The position numbers were made by a program, and so were the translations under genes. From assembly GCF_001194135.2 (NCBI RefSeq), contig NC_068988.1, positions 30,075,710 to 30,122,917 of the forward strand: 47,208 bases of DNA, written 5' to 3'. The DNA is from Octopus bimaculoides (Eukaryota). Below are positions 13,825-25,942 of this stretch, one piece after another; position 1 is the first letter of the stretch, and every line of letters begins with the position of its first letter. A model generated the notes under the pieces. That model was not told the DNA's origin and did not search any database. It worked only from the letters and a program-made list of their open reading frames with translations.

Positions 13825-14308
13825 CTAACGCTTTAGCACTCAAAACTGACCATATATAGCCCAAATAAGCTACATATTTTATGCCCTAACTGGTCAGATC
13901 TGACCTCTCACATTTGTTAAAATATACAATCACCATCATTATGATTGTCATCATAATTGTCATCGTTGTCATTGTCATCTTCGTCATCATCATCATTGTC
14001 ATCGTCATCATTTAGTTTCTGTTTTCCATGCTGGCATGGGTTGGACCGTTTGCCAGGAGCCAGCAAGGTCAGGAGCCGCACCAGTTTCTCTAGTCCGTTT
14101 TGGGTTGGTTTCTACAGCTGGATGCCCTTCCTAATGCCAACCACTCCTAGAGTGTATTTGCAGCTTTTCATGAGGCACCGTCACCAGTGCTTCTTAAATG
14201 GCACATCATTGAAATCTCAAAGCTACGAGATAATGCAGGATTAATTCAAAACAAGGTGAATAAACAAGCATTAGATTTGTCAGAGTAATCCTAATGGCAA
14301 AGGGTTAA
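13825..14308 (+). mobile_element. TTAA-type MITE, copy 2, interrupted by a family C SINE
   Basis: Ends ctaacgctttagca ... tggcaaagggTTAA form imperfect TIRs resembling CCCTTT/AAAGGG with TTAA. Confidence 0.7.
13940..14190 (-). mobile_element. SINE family C nested in MITE copy 2
   Basis: (CAT)n tail followed by ccatgctggcatgggttggac..ggatgcccttcctaatgccaaccac. Confidence 0.85.
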
Positions 14309-14629
14309 ATGCCACCTTTCTTATTCCATTCCATTCTATTATCTCTTACGCTTTCTGTTATACAAAGAATTGAACTGAGCACCTGGTGAGTCTTGAGGTA
14401 GCATTTAACCACTTAACCAGCATCCATTCTAATCCGGCCTGTCTCATCTCTGTCTCGTCTCCTGTAAAGCCACAACGGCCAGGTCAATCCATAGAAGGAA
14501 TTTAACACTTTCTAAGCTAATTTCACACTCCTCATTAATGCACCATTTACTCATTTTGCTCCTGCAGGGAGGGACTTTATCTGGCCTTGTTCCCTCCCCA
14601 TCCTCCACCACCTTCTCTCCCTCTCTGTC

Positions 14630-14662
<33 letters not shown>

Positions 14663-14887
14663 GTCTGATGACCTCCCCTCTTTCTCTAACACTTTCTTTA
14701 TATCTCTATCTGTCTGAGGCTCTCTCTCTTTCTCTCTAACATGCTAACTCTGTCGCTTTGATGCTCTCTTTCTCTCTTTCTGTTTGTTTGATGCTTTCCC
14801 CCACTCTCTTTAACCCTTTCACTGCCTCTCTTTCTCTCTCTCTCTTTTTATCTCTCTCTCTCTCTCTTTNNNNNNNNNNTCTTTTTA

Positions 14888-14926
<39 letters not shown>

Positions 14927-15492
14927 TCTCAGCACATTCTCTCTGTTTCCTCTCATCCCTTCCATCCATAAAAATCTTCAATAATCCCCGCCCCCATTCC
15001 ACCACCATCACTACCACCACCTCTCCTCAGCGCCAATGTCCAAACTCATTATTCTCTCTAGAAATTGCTGTTAACAAAGGGAGGTGGTGGGTAGCGAGGG
15101 TCGGAACCAACCCCATATGATGACATTTTGTTGTTGTTGTTACTGTTATCCTTCTTGCTGTTGTTGTAGATGCTATAGCCAACGGTGATGGCGGTGGTAG
15201 TGGTAGTAGTTGAGAGCCAGTGGTAGCAGTATTATTATTATTATTGTTGTTGTTGTTGTTGTTGAGTTTAGTGTTTTAGTGCCATTCCTTGCAGGATCCA
15301 ATTACTGCATGAACCTGGAGTTCAATTCCAGTCATTTGTCATTATCATCATCGCATATACACACTATGCACCCCTCTGTATGTGTGTGTGTAGGTGTATG
15401 TATATATATATATGCATATGTGTGTATGTAAATATATGTATATGTGTGTATGTATATATATATATGTATATGTGCTTGTACATGTGTGTGTG

Positions 15493-15563
<71 letters not shown>

Positions 15564-16914
15564 TATTATTGCCACCTATGTACACACATACCCAGTTGCA
15601 CTTGACTGTAAGTAGGGGGGCTATATGTCAATGTCTGGCCCATGAATTGGGCTGGGTGTATGTATGCTTGTGTGTGTGTGTGTGTGCTTGTGTATATATA
15701 TGTGTGTGTGCAATGTATGCATATCTGTATGACTATGTGTACTTTGTCTTATGCAGAACTGTTTGTTTTACCGCATAGAAATAGAGAGGAAGGGGGAGCG
15801 GTGTGATAAATACCCCCCACCTCCTCCTGCACCCTCCATCTTATTAGAAAATATCCGAATTGCATTTATTGGGTCTGAACTGTTACCCCCACCTTCTTCC
15901 CCCCAGCCGTTTCATCCCTCAAATCCCCCACCCTCATCAGTCCTCCATCCCTTTTTTCATCTCTACCCCAGCCCCTAAGTTTGTCTGGCTCCTTATATAT
16001 ATATATATATAATTTTCTGCTCTTGATTCTTTCTCTGTACCCTTAGGGATGTTGCCTTGTCATTTTTCACCTTATTAAATAAACCTAAAAATCTGTGGGC
16101 AGAGGGGAATGGGACGAAGTTTGCGGGCGGTGGGGGGGAACAAAAAGTACCCTCTCCTTAAATTGGGCAAAGTTGGTGGAGGACCCCAAGAAATAAAATG
16201 GAAAACATTTACTAAAGCAGCATCGTTGAGGCATCTGTTGGCGCCTTGGCTTGTAACTGGCTCTTGGAAGTAGCAGACCTCAAGCCAAAAAAGTTACCTC
16301 CGTGACTATCACGTCATTTATTCAGGCACAATGAACAATGCATCTAGGACTCGCACTTCTGGGTAGTCATCTCCACCCCGATGGCAGTGGCAGACTATAG
16401 AATGAAATTGGAAGGAATTTTGGCTGTTATTTCTAGCAGGCCAAACAACCACGTAAAGGTTCATTCAATGGCTCAGCGGTTTTAAGATGAATGGAGCTCA
16501 GCAGTGTTAAATAGTGGGAGTAATAAGCAATTAACTAGTGTTTCTACAGTATATATGCCCATTAAGTAAGGTATTCAGATTGCTATTTTGAACTAATACT
16601 GCTTTCACTTCCAATAACGAATTTTTATCCAGTCTACCAGCTATTTACAACCCAGTGGTTTGTTAATTGCTGTTTTTCTATATCTCTAGAGGTTACATTT
16701 GTCTAAGCGTGTGGTTAATTGTGGATATTTGCTGATGATGATGCTCAAGGAAGCAGAAAAGTAGGGATCTAGGTTTAGCGATTCTACCACCACTGCTGGA
16801 TGCTCTTTGTTTGCTGTTTATACACCTCCATTCTTTGTGGCCCTTATGTCTATATGTGATGTTGTCTGAAGAGGAATAGCGTGTAAGAAGCCCCTGTATC
16901 GGCGTTACATAACG

Positions 16915-17135
16915 GCAGCAGTGCCAGATAAGAGGCAGCCCAGCATACTCTGTGAAGGGGTCGGTGTTAGGAAGGGCATCCTGCCATAGAAACCATGTCA
17001 AAATGGACTGGAACCTGGTGCAGCTCTTCAGCTTGCAAGCTCTGGTCAAACTGCCCAACCCATCCCAGCATGGAAAATGAACATTAAATGATGAGGATGC
17101 TGCTGCTGATGATGATGATGATGTTGATGTTGATG
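16915..17135 (+). mobile_element. SINE family C
   Basis: ttaggaagggcatcc..cagcatggaaaatgaacattaaatgatg with a (GAT)n tail. Confidence 0.85.
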
Positions 17136-17519
17136 TGGCTTTCTACAGTATATTCATGCGAAGTAAGGTGTATTGAGGAAGAATAAAAAATAAATTTAAA
17201 AAAAAAAAAAAATTGAAAAAAAAACCGATGGTTGTGGTCGGAACGCTTTTGCTTTTGCACGTAGATCTGTTTGATCAAGATCGGCTCAGTGTTTTAAAAG
17301 CAAACGATAGCAAATACCACCTGCTTGGAGTGTTTTAAGCGAGGGAAATGAGAATCTTCACATCAAACTCAATCTGTCGGCCCAGAACAGTCAACACCCG
17401 CCTCTCGCTCCCCTTTCATCTCCCGTCTCCCACCTTCATTTGTTATCCTAAACTGAAACCTTCTAATGATGAATTGAGAGAAAACTGACCTTTCTCATAA
17501 TTGGGATTTTCCTCACCTT

Positions 17520-17990
17520 CCCTCTTTACCTCTCTCCCCCGTTCTCATTCTTTCTTTGTCTCTTTCTCTCTCTCTCTCTCACTCACCCCCCTCCCCGCTC
17601 TATATCTGTCTCATGTTCTCTTTCTCTCTATTCCTGATTCTCTCTTTCTCTAACTGCTTCTTTCACCCTCTTTTTCTCATTCTCTCTCTTACTATTTCTC
17701 TTCCTCTTTCAGTCATCCCCCTCTCTCTCTGTCTTCCACGTTCTCTGTTTCCCTCCATCTCTCACTCTCCCTTAGTTTCTCTTCTGTCACTCACCCCTCT
17801 CTCTCTTTCTCAGTTTGTCGTTCTCTCTTTGTGTTTCCTTTTGCATACACCCCCCTCTTTCTATTCTGCCTTCCTCACCCTAACTCTCATACACCTCTCT
17901 TTATCTACTTCACTGACTCTCCTCTCATTAATCCCTCTCTATATCGTTCTTTCGTTTTCTCTCTCTCCTATCCATCTCTCTATCCATCTC

Positions 17991-18030
<40 letters not shown>

Positions 18031-18134
18031 CTTCTCTGTGTCTCTCTTTCTCTCATGCACCTCTCGATCTGTCTTTTTGTTCATTCATTCTTACTCCAGT
18101 CTCTCATAAACATCTCTCTCTTTTTCTCTCTCTT

Positions 18135-18172
<38 letters not shown>

Positions 18173-18230
18173 TCTCTCACTCTATCTCTCTTTCTCATTC
18201 TCATTTTGTTTCCTTCTCTTTCTCACAAAA
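17520..18230 (+). repeat. About 700-nt polypyrimidine region with (CT)n and (TATC)n
   Basis: Visible composition. Confidence 0.95.
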
Positions 18231-18645
18231 CTCTGGACACATTAAGCCTCTTGAAATCGGTTTGGCTTGAATTCATTGAATAATTAAATCTATTTGGCGA
18301 GACTCGTTTCTCTTGGATGCTTTCCTTTCGGTCTCGCAAGTTCTTGAAATAACCCTCACCCACCACCAATGCCACCACCACCAATGTTGGCAATGTCATG
18401 TCAGTGAAAAGCAGCCAGCCAATAGAATAAAATCCGAAATCTCCTTTGATTTTAATGCTTTTCGTTGGATAACTGCGCTCGTTACCGATTTTTAAAGCCG
18501 GCGACTACTTGCCCTCCGCCACCATTGTCAATACCACTACGTTAGCCATTATTCTTCTTATACCTCTCTACCATTTCTCTGCTTCTCATCTCTCTCTCTC
18601 TATCCATCTATCTATCTACACAAAACATATACATGCTCATGCGTT

Positions 18646-18697
<52 letters not shown>

Positions 18698-19009
18698 TAC
18701 ATACACACATACATATATTTATAGATGTATACTTATTTACACAAATACTTACGTACATTCGTACATACATATATAATAAAACTCACACATGTACNNNNNN
18801 NNNNNNNNNNNNNNNNNNNNNNNNNNNNNNNNNNNNNNNNNNNNNNNNNNNNNNNNNNNNNNNNNNNNNNNNNNNNNNNNNNNNNNNNNTATATATACAT
18901 ATATATATATATACATATATATATACACACACACACACATACACACACAGATGGACATGTCTGTCCCAAGTTGTAGTTCACGGTTTTTCATAGAAGGAGT
19001 TGAAATATT

Positions 19010-19347
19010 GCTCAGATGCCCACATAGTTCCGGGTTCAGTCCCACTGCATGGCACCTTGGGCAAGTGTCTTCTTCTATAGCTTTGGGCCAACCAAAGCCT
19101 TGTGAGTGGATTTGATAGACGGAAACTGAAAGAATCCTGTCGTATATATGTATACATATATGTGTATGTATATGTTTGTGTGCCTGTGTTTGTTCACCCA
19201 TCGAAAATCACTTGACAACCATCCTCGTAAGTTAGCGGTTCGGCAAAAGTGGCCAATAGAATGTCCTAGGGTTGATTTGCTCAACTAAAGGCGGTGCTCC
19301 AGCATGGCCGCAGTCAAATGACTGAAACAAGTAAAAGAGTAAAAGAG
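19010..19347 (+). mobile_element. SINE family A, near full length with an internal deletion
   Basis: gttccgggttcagtcccactgc..gactgaaacaagtaaaagag. Confidence 0.9.
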
Positions 19348-19859
19348 ATATAATACGCGTGTGTGTGTATATAAGACAAGTCATATATAAATGCATGTGT
19401 GTATGTCATATATATATATATATATATAGATGCACTAATATATATATGTGTATATATGAAGCATATATAAATGTATGTGTGTATATTTGTTTAAATATAT
19501 GCACACACCCTACACACGGTTGCAATGCCCCAAGTTAAGGCTATATAGCACTCATTTTGTCATTTTGGTATTTTCACCATTTTGTTTTTTTTTTTTCAAG
19601 AAAATTTCTTCTCGTTTCAATATTTTAAAACATTGGAAATTAGAATTTTTGGGAAAATAGTAATAAAACAAAAATGCAAGAATTGATTTTAAGGTTTGGA
19701 GTCAGGAAGGGGTTTACGATTAACTGATGTGTAGAATTAACAAAATTAACAATTAATGGAAGGGTTTGGGCTGGCTTCTACCTGTTCACGCTTCTTCCGG
19801 TGAATTAGTGTGGTTTATAATATATTTCTGCACTCAATAAACACAGGTAAACCTCATAA

Positions 19860-20125
19860 TGCATGCTACACACACATAAGTGCATACATACATGCATACA
19901 TGCATACGTACATACATATATACATGCATGCATGCATACACACATAAACACATGCATGCATACATATTCAACCATACATAGACACATGCATACGTACATA
20001 CACGCATGCATACGTACACACACACATGCATACGTACATACACGCATGCATACATATATACATGCATACATACATACACACTTGCATACATACATACACA
20101 CATGCATACGTACATACATGCATAG
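19860..20125. repeat. Compound CATG/CATA/CA purine-pyrimidine repeat
   Basis: Recurrent catgcatacgtacatacac units. Confidence 0.85.
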
Positions 20126-20422
20126 AAACATTTGAGCTGCGAATAACCTTTATTGAAATGAAGTAACATGGAAGAACCAAAAGAAAAAAAATGTTGGGTT
20201 TCTGCGTATGTAATTGTGAATGCATGCATGTATGTATGTATATATGCAAATATGTACATACATAAACAGAGGCATATAATGTTGTGCCCATGCATGGCTA
20301 CTGTGAAAAGACACAAGTGGTCTAATATACACATGTGTTTGTGTGTATATATATATAACTTTATCATATACTGCTCTATGACTTAGAACGTGCTTCTATT
20401 TCGGATTTATGTTTTACCAACA

Positions 20423-20458
<36 letters not shown>

Positions 20459-20580
20459 CAATCGCCATCATGAAAGTATTGTGTGTAGTGCTCAGGTGTG
20501 AAACACACACACGCATACATATACATACATGCACACACATGCTCATTACATGTATGTGTTTACTTCATACTGTAGACGCA

Positions 20581-20706
20581 AATCCTGAAATTTTGTGGAG
20601 AGGTGGGGGGGTGGGGCTCTTCGACTAATGCTCAACTTGTACTTTAATTTGATCTCAAAAGGATGAAAGGTAGAGTCCGCCTCAGCTGAATTTGAACTCA
20701 GAACGT
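20581..20706 (-). mobile_element. SINE family B fragment
   Basis: aaggatgaaagg..gaatttgaactcagaacgt. Confidence 0.75.
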
Positions 20707-21423
20707 GTATGTATGTGTATGCAGGCAGTTTTTTTTATCTACAGCCTTAAATCCCTTCCATGCTCCAGCATGACCACAGCTGCATGGCCGAAATGAATAA
20801 ACGTGCACCAGGTCCGCCTAAATGAATATGCTATTGTTTCTATGAACAATGACACCTTTCGTTTTTAATCCCATATATATATACACACACACACACGCGC
20901 ACACACATACATGTGTGCATATGTGTATATATATAATGGTAAAATGTGGCACAGCAGGTAAACACACGTACACATGCAGGATGTTCATCCCTCATCATTT
21001 ATCGACCAAAAGTCTTTTGAGAATTTCTTCGCCTTAATCGATAATTTCACAATTTCAATGCCTTATCGCTGAAAGATGTTTATCTCACTCGGTCATGGCG
21101 ACGAGAAGTGGTGGGGGAGAAAATAAATTCTAGACCAATCGTCTACCAAATTGCTATTCACTGCATTCCTACCATGTCGTCTGTTTCTCTATGGTGATTG
21201 TTTGGCAAGATTGGGTTCAATGATTAAATATAGTTGCAATTATGTTTATTTTTTCAACTTGGTACGCTTTTTCTTTTTTTTTTGTATTTCAAAAACAAAT
21301 TCTTCTCTCCCTTTTAATTTGAGCCACATTCTGTTTTGAAATTTTAATTTTAGAATTAAAACCTAACTGAATATTACTTAATTATAAAACAAGGGGTTTA
21401 AGTATAATTCTTACTACTCTCTC

Positions 21424-21556
21424 TTCCTTTATCTCTCTCTCTCTCTTCCTTTATCTCTCTCTCTCTCTTCCTTTATCTCTCTCTCTCTCTTCCTTTATCT
21501 CTCTCTCTCTCTTCCTTTATCTCTCTCTCTCTTCCTTTATCTCTCTCTCTCTCTCT
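21424..21556 (+). repeat. Minisatellite, six units of ttcctttat+(ct)n, period 22 (last one 20)
   Basis: ttcctttat at 21424, 21446, 21468, 21490, 21512 and 21532. Confidence 0.95.
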
Positions 21557-21694
21557 TTCTGGCCCCCCTCCCTCGATATGTATGTATAAGCGAGCATATA
21601 TATATAATGTTACATAATTTATTTTCTCATATATATATCACAATATAAGTAACTTGCACATATATACGTGTATTTATGTGTGTATATGTTTTAG

Positions 21695-21860
21695 GCATTT
21701 CGGTCATTAGACTATAGCCATGCTGGGGCACCACCTTGAAGAAATTTAGTTGAACAAATTTACCTGCGTACTCATTTTCTTTTTTTATTTTCTCTTCAGC
21801 CAGGTACTTTTTCCATCAGTCACCTTTGCCAAATAACTAATTTAAACATAAAACCTGTTT
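21695..21860 (-). mobile_element. SINE family A, diverged 3' part
   Basis: ttcggtcattagactatagccatgctggggcaccacc. Confidence 0.7.
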
Positions 21861-21878
21861 TGAAGGAGAAACACACAT

Positions 21879-21930
<52 letters not shown>

Positions 21931-22193
21931 NNNNNNNNNNNNNNNNNNNNNNNNNNNNNNNNNNNNNNNNNNNNNNNNNNNNNNNNNNNNNNNNNNNNNN
22001 NNNNNNNNNNNNNNNNNNNNNNNNNNNNNNNNNNNNNNNNNNNNNNNNNNNNNNNNNNNNNNNNNNNNNNNNNNNNNNNNNNNNNNNNNNNNNNNNNNNN
22101 NNNNNNNNNNNNNNNNNNNNNNNNNNNNNNNNNNNNNNNNNNNNNNNNNNNNNNNNNNNNNNNNNNNNNNNNNNNNNNNNNNNNNNNNNNNNN

Positions 22194-22295
22194 AGGCTTA
22201 CAAAGAATAAGTCCTGGGGGCCAATTTGTTCGACTAAAGGCAGTGCTCCAGCATGGCCGCAGTCAAATGACTGAAACAAGTAAAAGAATAAAGGA
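22194..22295 (+). mobile_element. SINE family A, 3' end after the gap
   Basis: aggcttacaaagaataagtcc..gactgaaacaagtaaaagaat. Confidence 0.9.
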
Positions 22296-22315
22296 AAATA
22301 TATACATATATATAT

Positions 22316-22353
<38 letters not shown>

Positions 22354-22774
22354 CATATACTGGAACAGTCATTTCTAATCTAATCCTCCTATTTTGATGA
22401 TAATGATTTCATTTATTTGCCACAAGGGCAAAGGATGGCGGGGGGGGGGGCAGACAATACAAAGTCAATACTGTTCTCTTTCTCTCTTTCTCTACCTCTT
22501 CTTTATCACCCCATATCTGTTAATGTGTGTGTGTGTGTGTGTGTTATCTTATCACATGCTTCCTCTCATTCACCTTTGTAAGGATATACCTTATCCTCTC
22601 CTCCCCTTCCCCCTCAACAATTTCGTTCTTACTCTTTGTTCTTCTTTAACCTGTTTTAATCACCATTGTCAACTGCACTACTATTGCCACCACCTGTGTG
22701 TGTGTGTGAGTGGAGGCTCTTCACTCACCATCTTTGAATTCACATTACTTTGAATCACAAAGCCTCCTTAACTG

Positions 22775-22851
<77 letters not shown>

Positions 22852-22871
22852 TATCTCTGTCTGTCTCTCTC

Positions 22872-22916
<45 letters not shown>

Positions 22917-24331
22917 GCATACTTGATAAACATTATATTCAGCTTTGCCGTATAAGTAGATCCTGTGCTTAAGTCACAAGGCTGTTGCTGTTGAACCAGT
23001 CCACCCGAGAACAGCTCAGCTAGTTTCTATGAGCCAGTGTAGGCCTTCTCAAGTGTCGAACACACACACACATACACCCCGCACATGTACACACAAACAT
23101 AAACATATATACATCAGCTCACACCAATTATTTCAATATAAAGTAATAACCTATGGAATGACATCCTAAGTAGCATCTCCTTTTTCTATCTGGCCAACTT
23201 ACAAACGACTCCAGCGAAGTTGTTCTGCTTTTGGGGTGGTGCTAGCGATGTTTGATACGAGGGCTAAATATCTGGGTGGTGGTCTGTTAGCTTCTTTTAG
23301 AACTACTTGTTTATAGGATTGGGTTATAGATTTGGTTTCAAGTACATATTCAGCTCTTGTTCGGTGATCTAATCTCTGTGCATATTTGCCTTGTGACCTG
23401 TGTGTCTGTATACGTTTGTGTGTATGTGTGTATATATATCTGCATGTGTTTCTGTGTGTTTTGTGTCTGTATCTGCATTTTATACATCCGGGTTTTCTTT
23501 TTTTAGCTTATATTGTTAGTGGGTGTGTACTTGAGTTTGTGTGTGTCTGTCAGTACAAATTTTTTTTTAGTTATAGTCACTCATTTTTATGTTCAGGAAA
23601 AACTTATACACACACTCATACACACACACACACGCACACGCACACGCACAAAAATACTTCAATGCATACACATATGTGTATATATGTGTATACACACACA
23701 CACACACACATACAAGAGCAGGCACATTATTCAACAGAAACAGATGAATAAAGAAAGTGAAGTCATTTGCTAGAATATCCCTTTACCGCTGCCAACCCCA
23801 ACGATCCCCACCTCCACATGGAAAAATTATTCCTTTTATATAAATAATCAGAAATATATCCGGAAACCTCATGCACCGAATAACTTCAAGAGTATATCGA
23901 CTTCATCTAAATAAAATTGCCCAGAGCTTGTGTGTGTGTGTGTGTTAATTTCGTATCAAGATGGTTGCTAATGAACTTGTCCTTTTCCGTACCATAATGT
24001 CTATACATTTCTGTGTAGGAACAGTTACGTCCAACAATATAGCCTTTATTTGGCCACCTTGCTAGAAATATATATATATATATATATATATATTTATGTA
24101 TACGATAGCTTGGTCGTTGGAGGAGCAGCAGTGCCCATGAGCCTTTTCTCTGGCCTTGTGACTGAAGTGTACTCTGCTGAAAACAATTAAGGGCCAAGAG
24201 TACTGGTTTTAGACCGAGCAGGAGAGTACGTCTAGCACCCAAAAGTAAGGATGGTTCTTTGCTTTTGGTGGGCATCTACCCAGCTTCCACAGTAACATTC
24301 ATATTTTCATGTGTGTGTCAGTGTCTGTGTA

Positions 24332-24370
<39 letters not shown>

Positions 24371-24939
24371 NNNNNNNNNNNNNNNNNNNNNNNNNNNNNN
24401 NNNNNNNNNNNNNNNNNNNNNNNNNNNNNNNNNNNNNNNNNNNNNNNNNNNNNNNNNNNNNNNNNNNNNNNNNNNNNNNNNNNNNNNNNNNNNNNNNNNN
24501 NNNNNNNNNNNNNNNNNNNNNNNNNNNNNNNNNNNNNNNNNNNNNNNNNNNNNNNNNNNNNNNNNNNNNNNNNNNNNNNNNNNNNNNNNNNNNNNNNNNN
24601 NNNNNNNNNNNNNNNNNNNNNNNNNNNNNNNNNNNNNNNNNNNNNNNNNNNNNNNNNTATATATATAATCGTTGCTATTATGCAAAAGTTTCGTAAGTCC
24701 AAAATGATTGCTTTTTTCAGAAAACGAAAAATTAGTTTCACCATTCCATAGCAAAACCATTGTAGTACTCTTTGACAATTTTTGATATCGTGGCATCTGA
24801 AACACCTGGAGATACAATAGTTTGACCAAAAGAACCAGCTTTTGCAAGCAAATGTATATATTGAAAAAAAAAAAAAAAAACGCATTTGGCCAAATTTGGA
24901 CATATGACAGTTTAACATAATTGCAGTGATATAAAGACA

Positions 24940-25085
24940 GGCTTCTCTCAGTTTCTTTTCCTAAATTCATACACAAGGTTTTGGTTGTTCCGAAGTTACA
25001 GTGGTAAACATTTGTCCATGATGTCATGAGTTGGGACTGAACTTGGAACCATGTGGTTTGAAAGCAGACTTCTTACCACACAACT
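24940..25085 (-). mobile_element. SINE family A, 5' fragment
   Basis: gggactgaacttggaaccatgtggtt..cttaccacac. Confidence 0.7.
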
Positions 25086-25139
25086 ACAGATACATACACA
25101 TGCAGACACTGGCATGTCTGTGTGGTATTACACAAACAT

Positions 25140-25197
<58 letters not shown>

Positions 25198-25224
25198 TTA
25201 GGTATTTGCATGTTTTGTGAATTC

Positions 25225-25360
25225 ATTCTGCACAATTTCTGTCTACCAAATCTCATTCCTAAAGGCATTGGTCACCCTGTGAGCCCAGTGGAAGTCGCAT
25301 GCCAAGGGAGTCACACGCCATTGAGACTGAACTCTGACTCACAAGATTATGAGCCATGAC
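25225..25360 (-). mobile_element. SINE family A-like 5' fragment, very diverged
   Basis: tttctgtctaccaaatc..gccaagg..gagactgaac. Confidence 0.5.
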
Positions 25361-25681
25361 TATGCCTCTTTCTCTGTCTCTCAATTAGTCTATCTTTCTC
25401 TCTCTCCTCTCTCTTCTCCCCCTCTCCTCCCTCTCTTATCTATGTGCGGCCATGTGTCGCTAAACCAGCTTTCTGAGTCTCATTCCAGTTATTGTTGGTG
25501 TTGTAAAATGACACAGTTTTGTTGATAATCCTAAGTGTTTGAAGCTTTTAATTAAGTGAAGGTTATTTAAATTGCTTATTAAAGAGCAGCGGTGACAGTA
25601 ACAACAACAATGTCTGTTAACAGTAGCAAACCAATTATCTCATTATCAGTATAAAGTATTATTAGGCATTGCGTTGCTTAC

Positions 25682-25902
25682 AGCTATTATTGACTGGCAG
25701 AATTGTTAAAGCATCAGACAAAATGTCTTGTGGTATTTAGTTTAGGCCTATTATGTCTTGAGTTCAAATCCCACCAAGGTCCAACTTAGCTTTTCATCAT
25801 TTTTGTGCCGATAAAATAAAGTACCAGTGAAGTACTGAGGTGGGTCAGCTTTGATGTAATTGACTATCACCCTTCCCTCAAAATTGCTGGCTTGGTGTAT
25901 TA

Positions 25903-25942
<40 letters not shown>

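Noticed and set aside
24109-24244. Possible poison exon (AG at 24107-24108, GTAAGG at 24245)
   Set aside because: The donor is good but the acceptor has no pyrimidine tract (preceded by (TA)n); no independent support
23907-24275. 122-aa minus-strand ORF
   Set aside because: It runs through (TA)n and (CA)n repeats and has no recognisable motif
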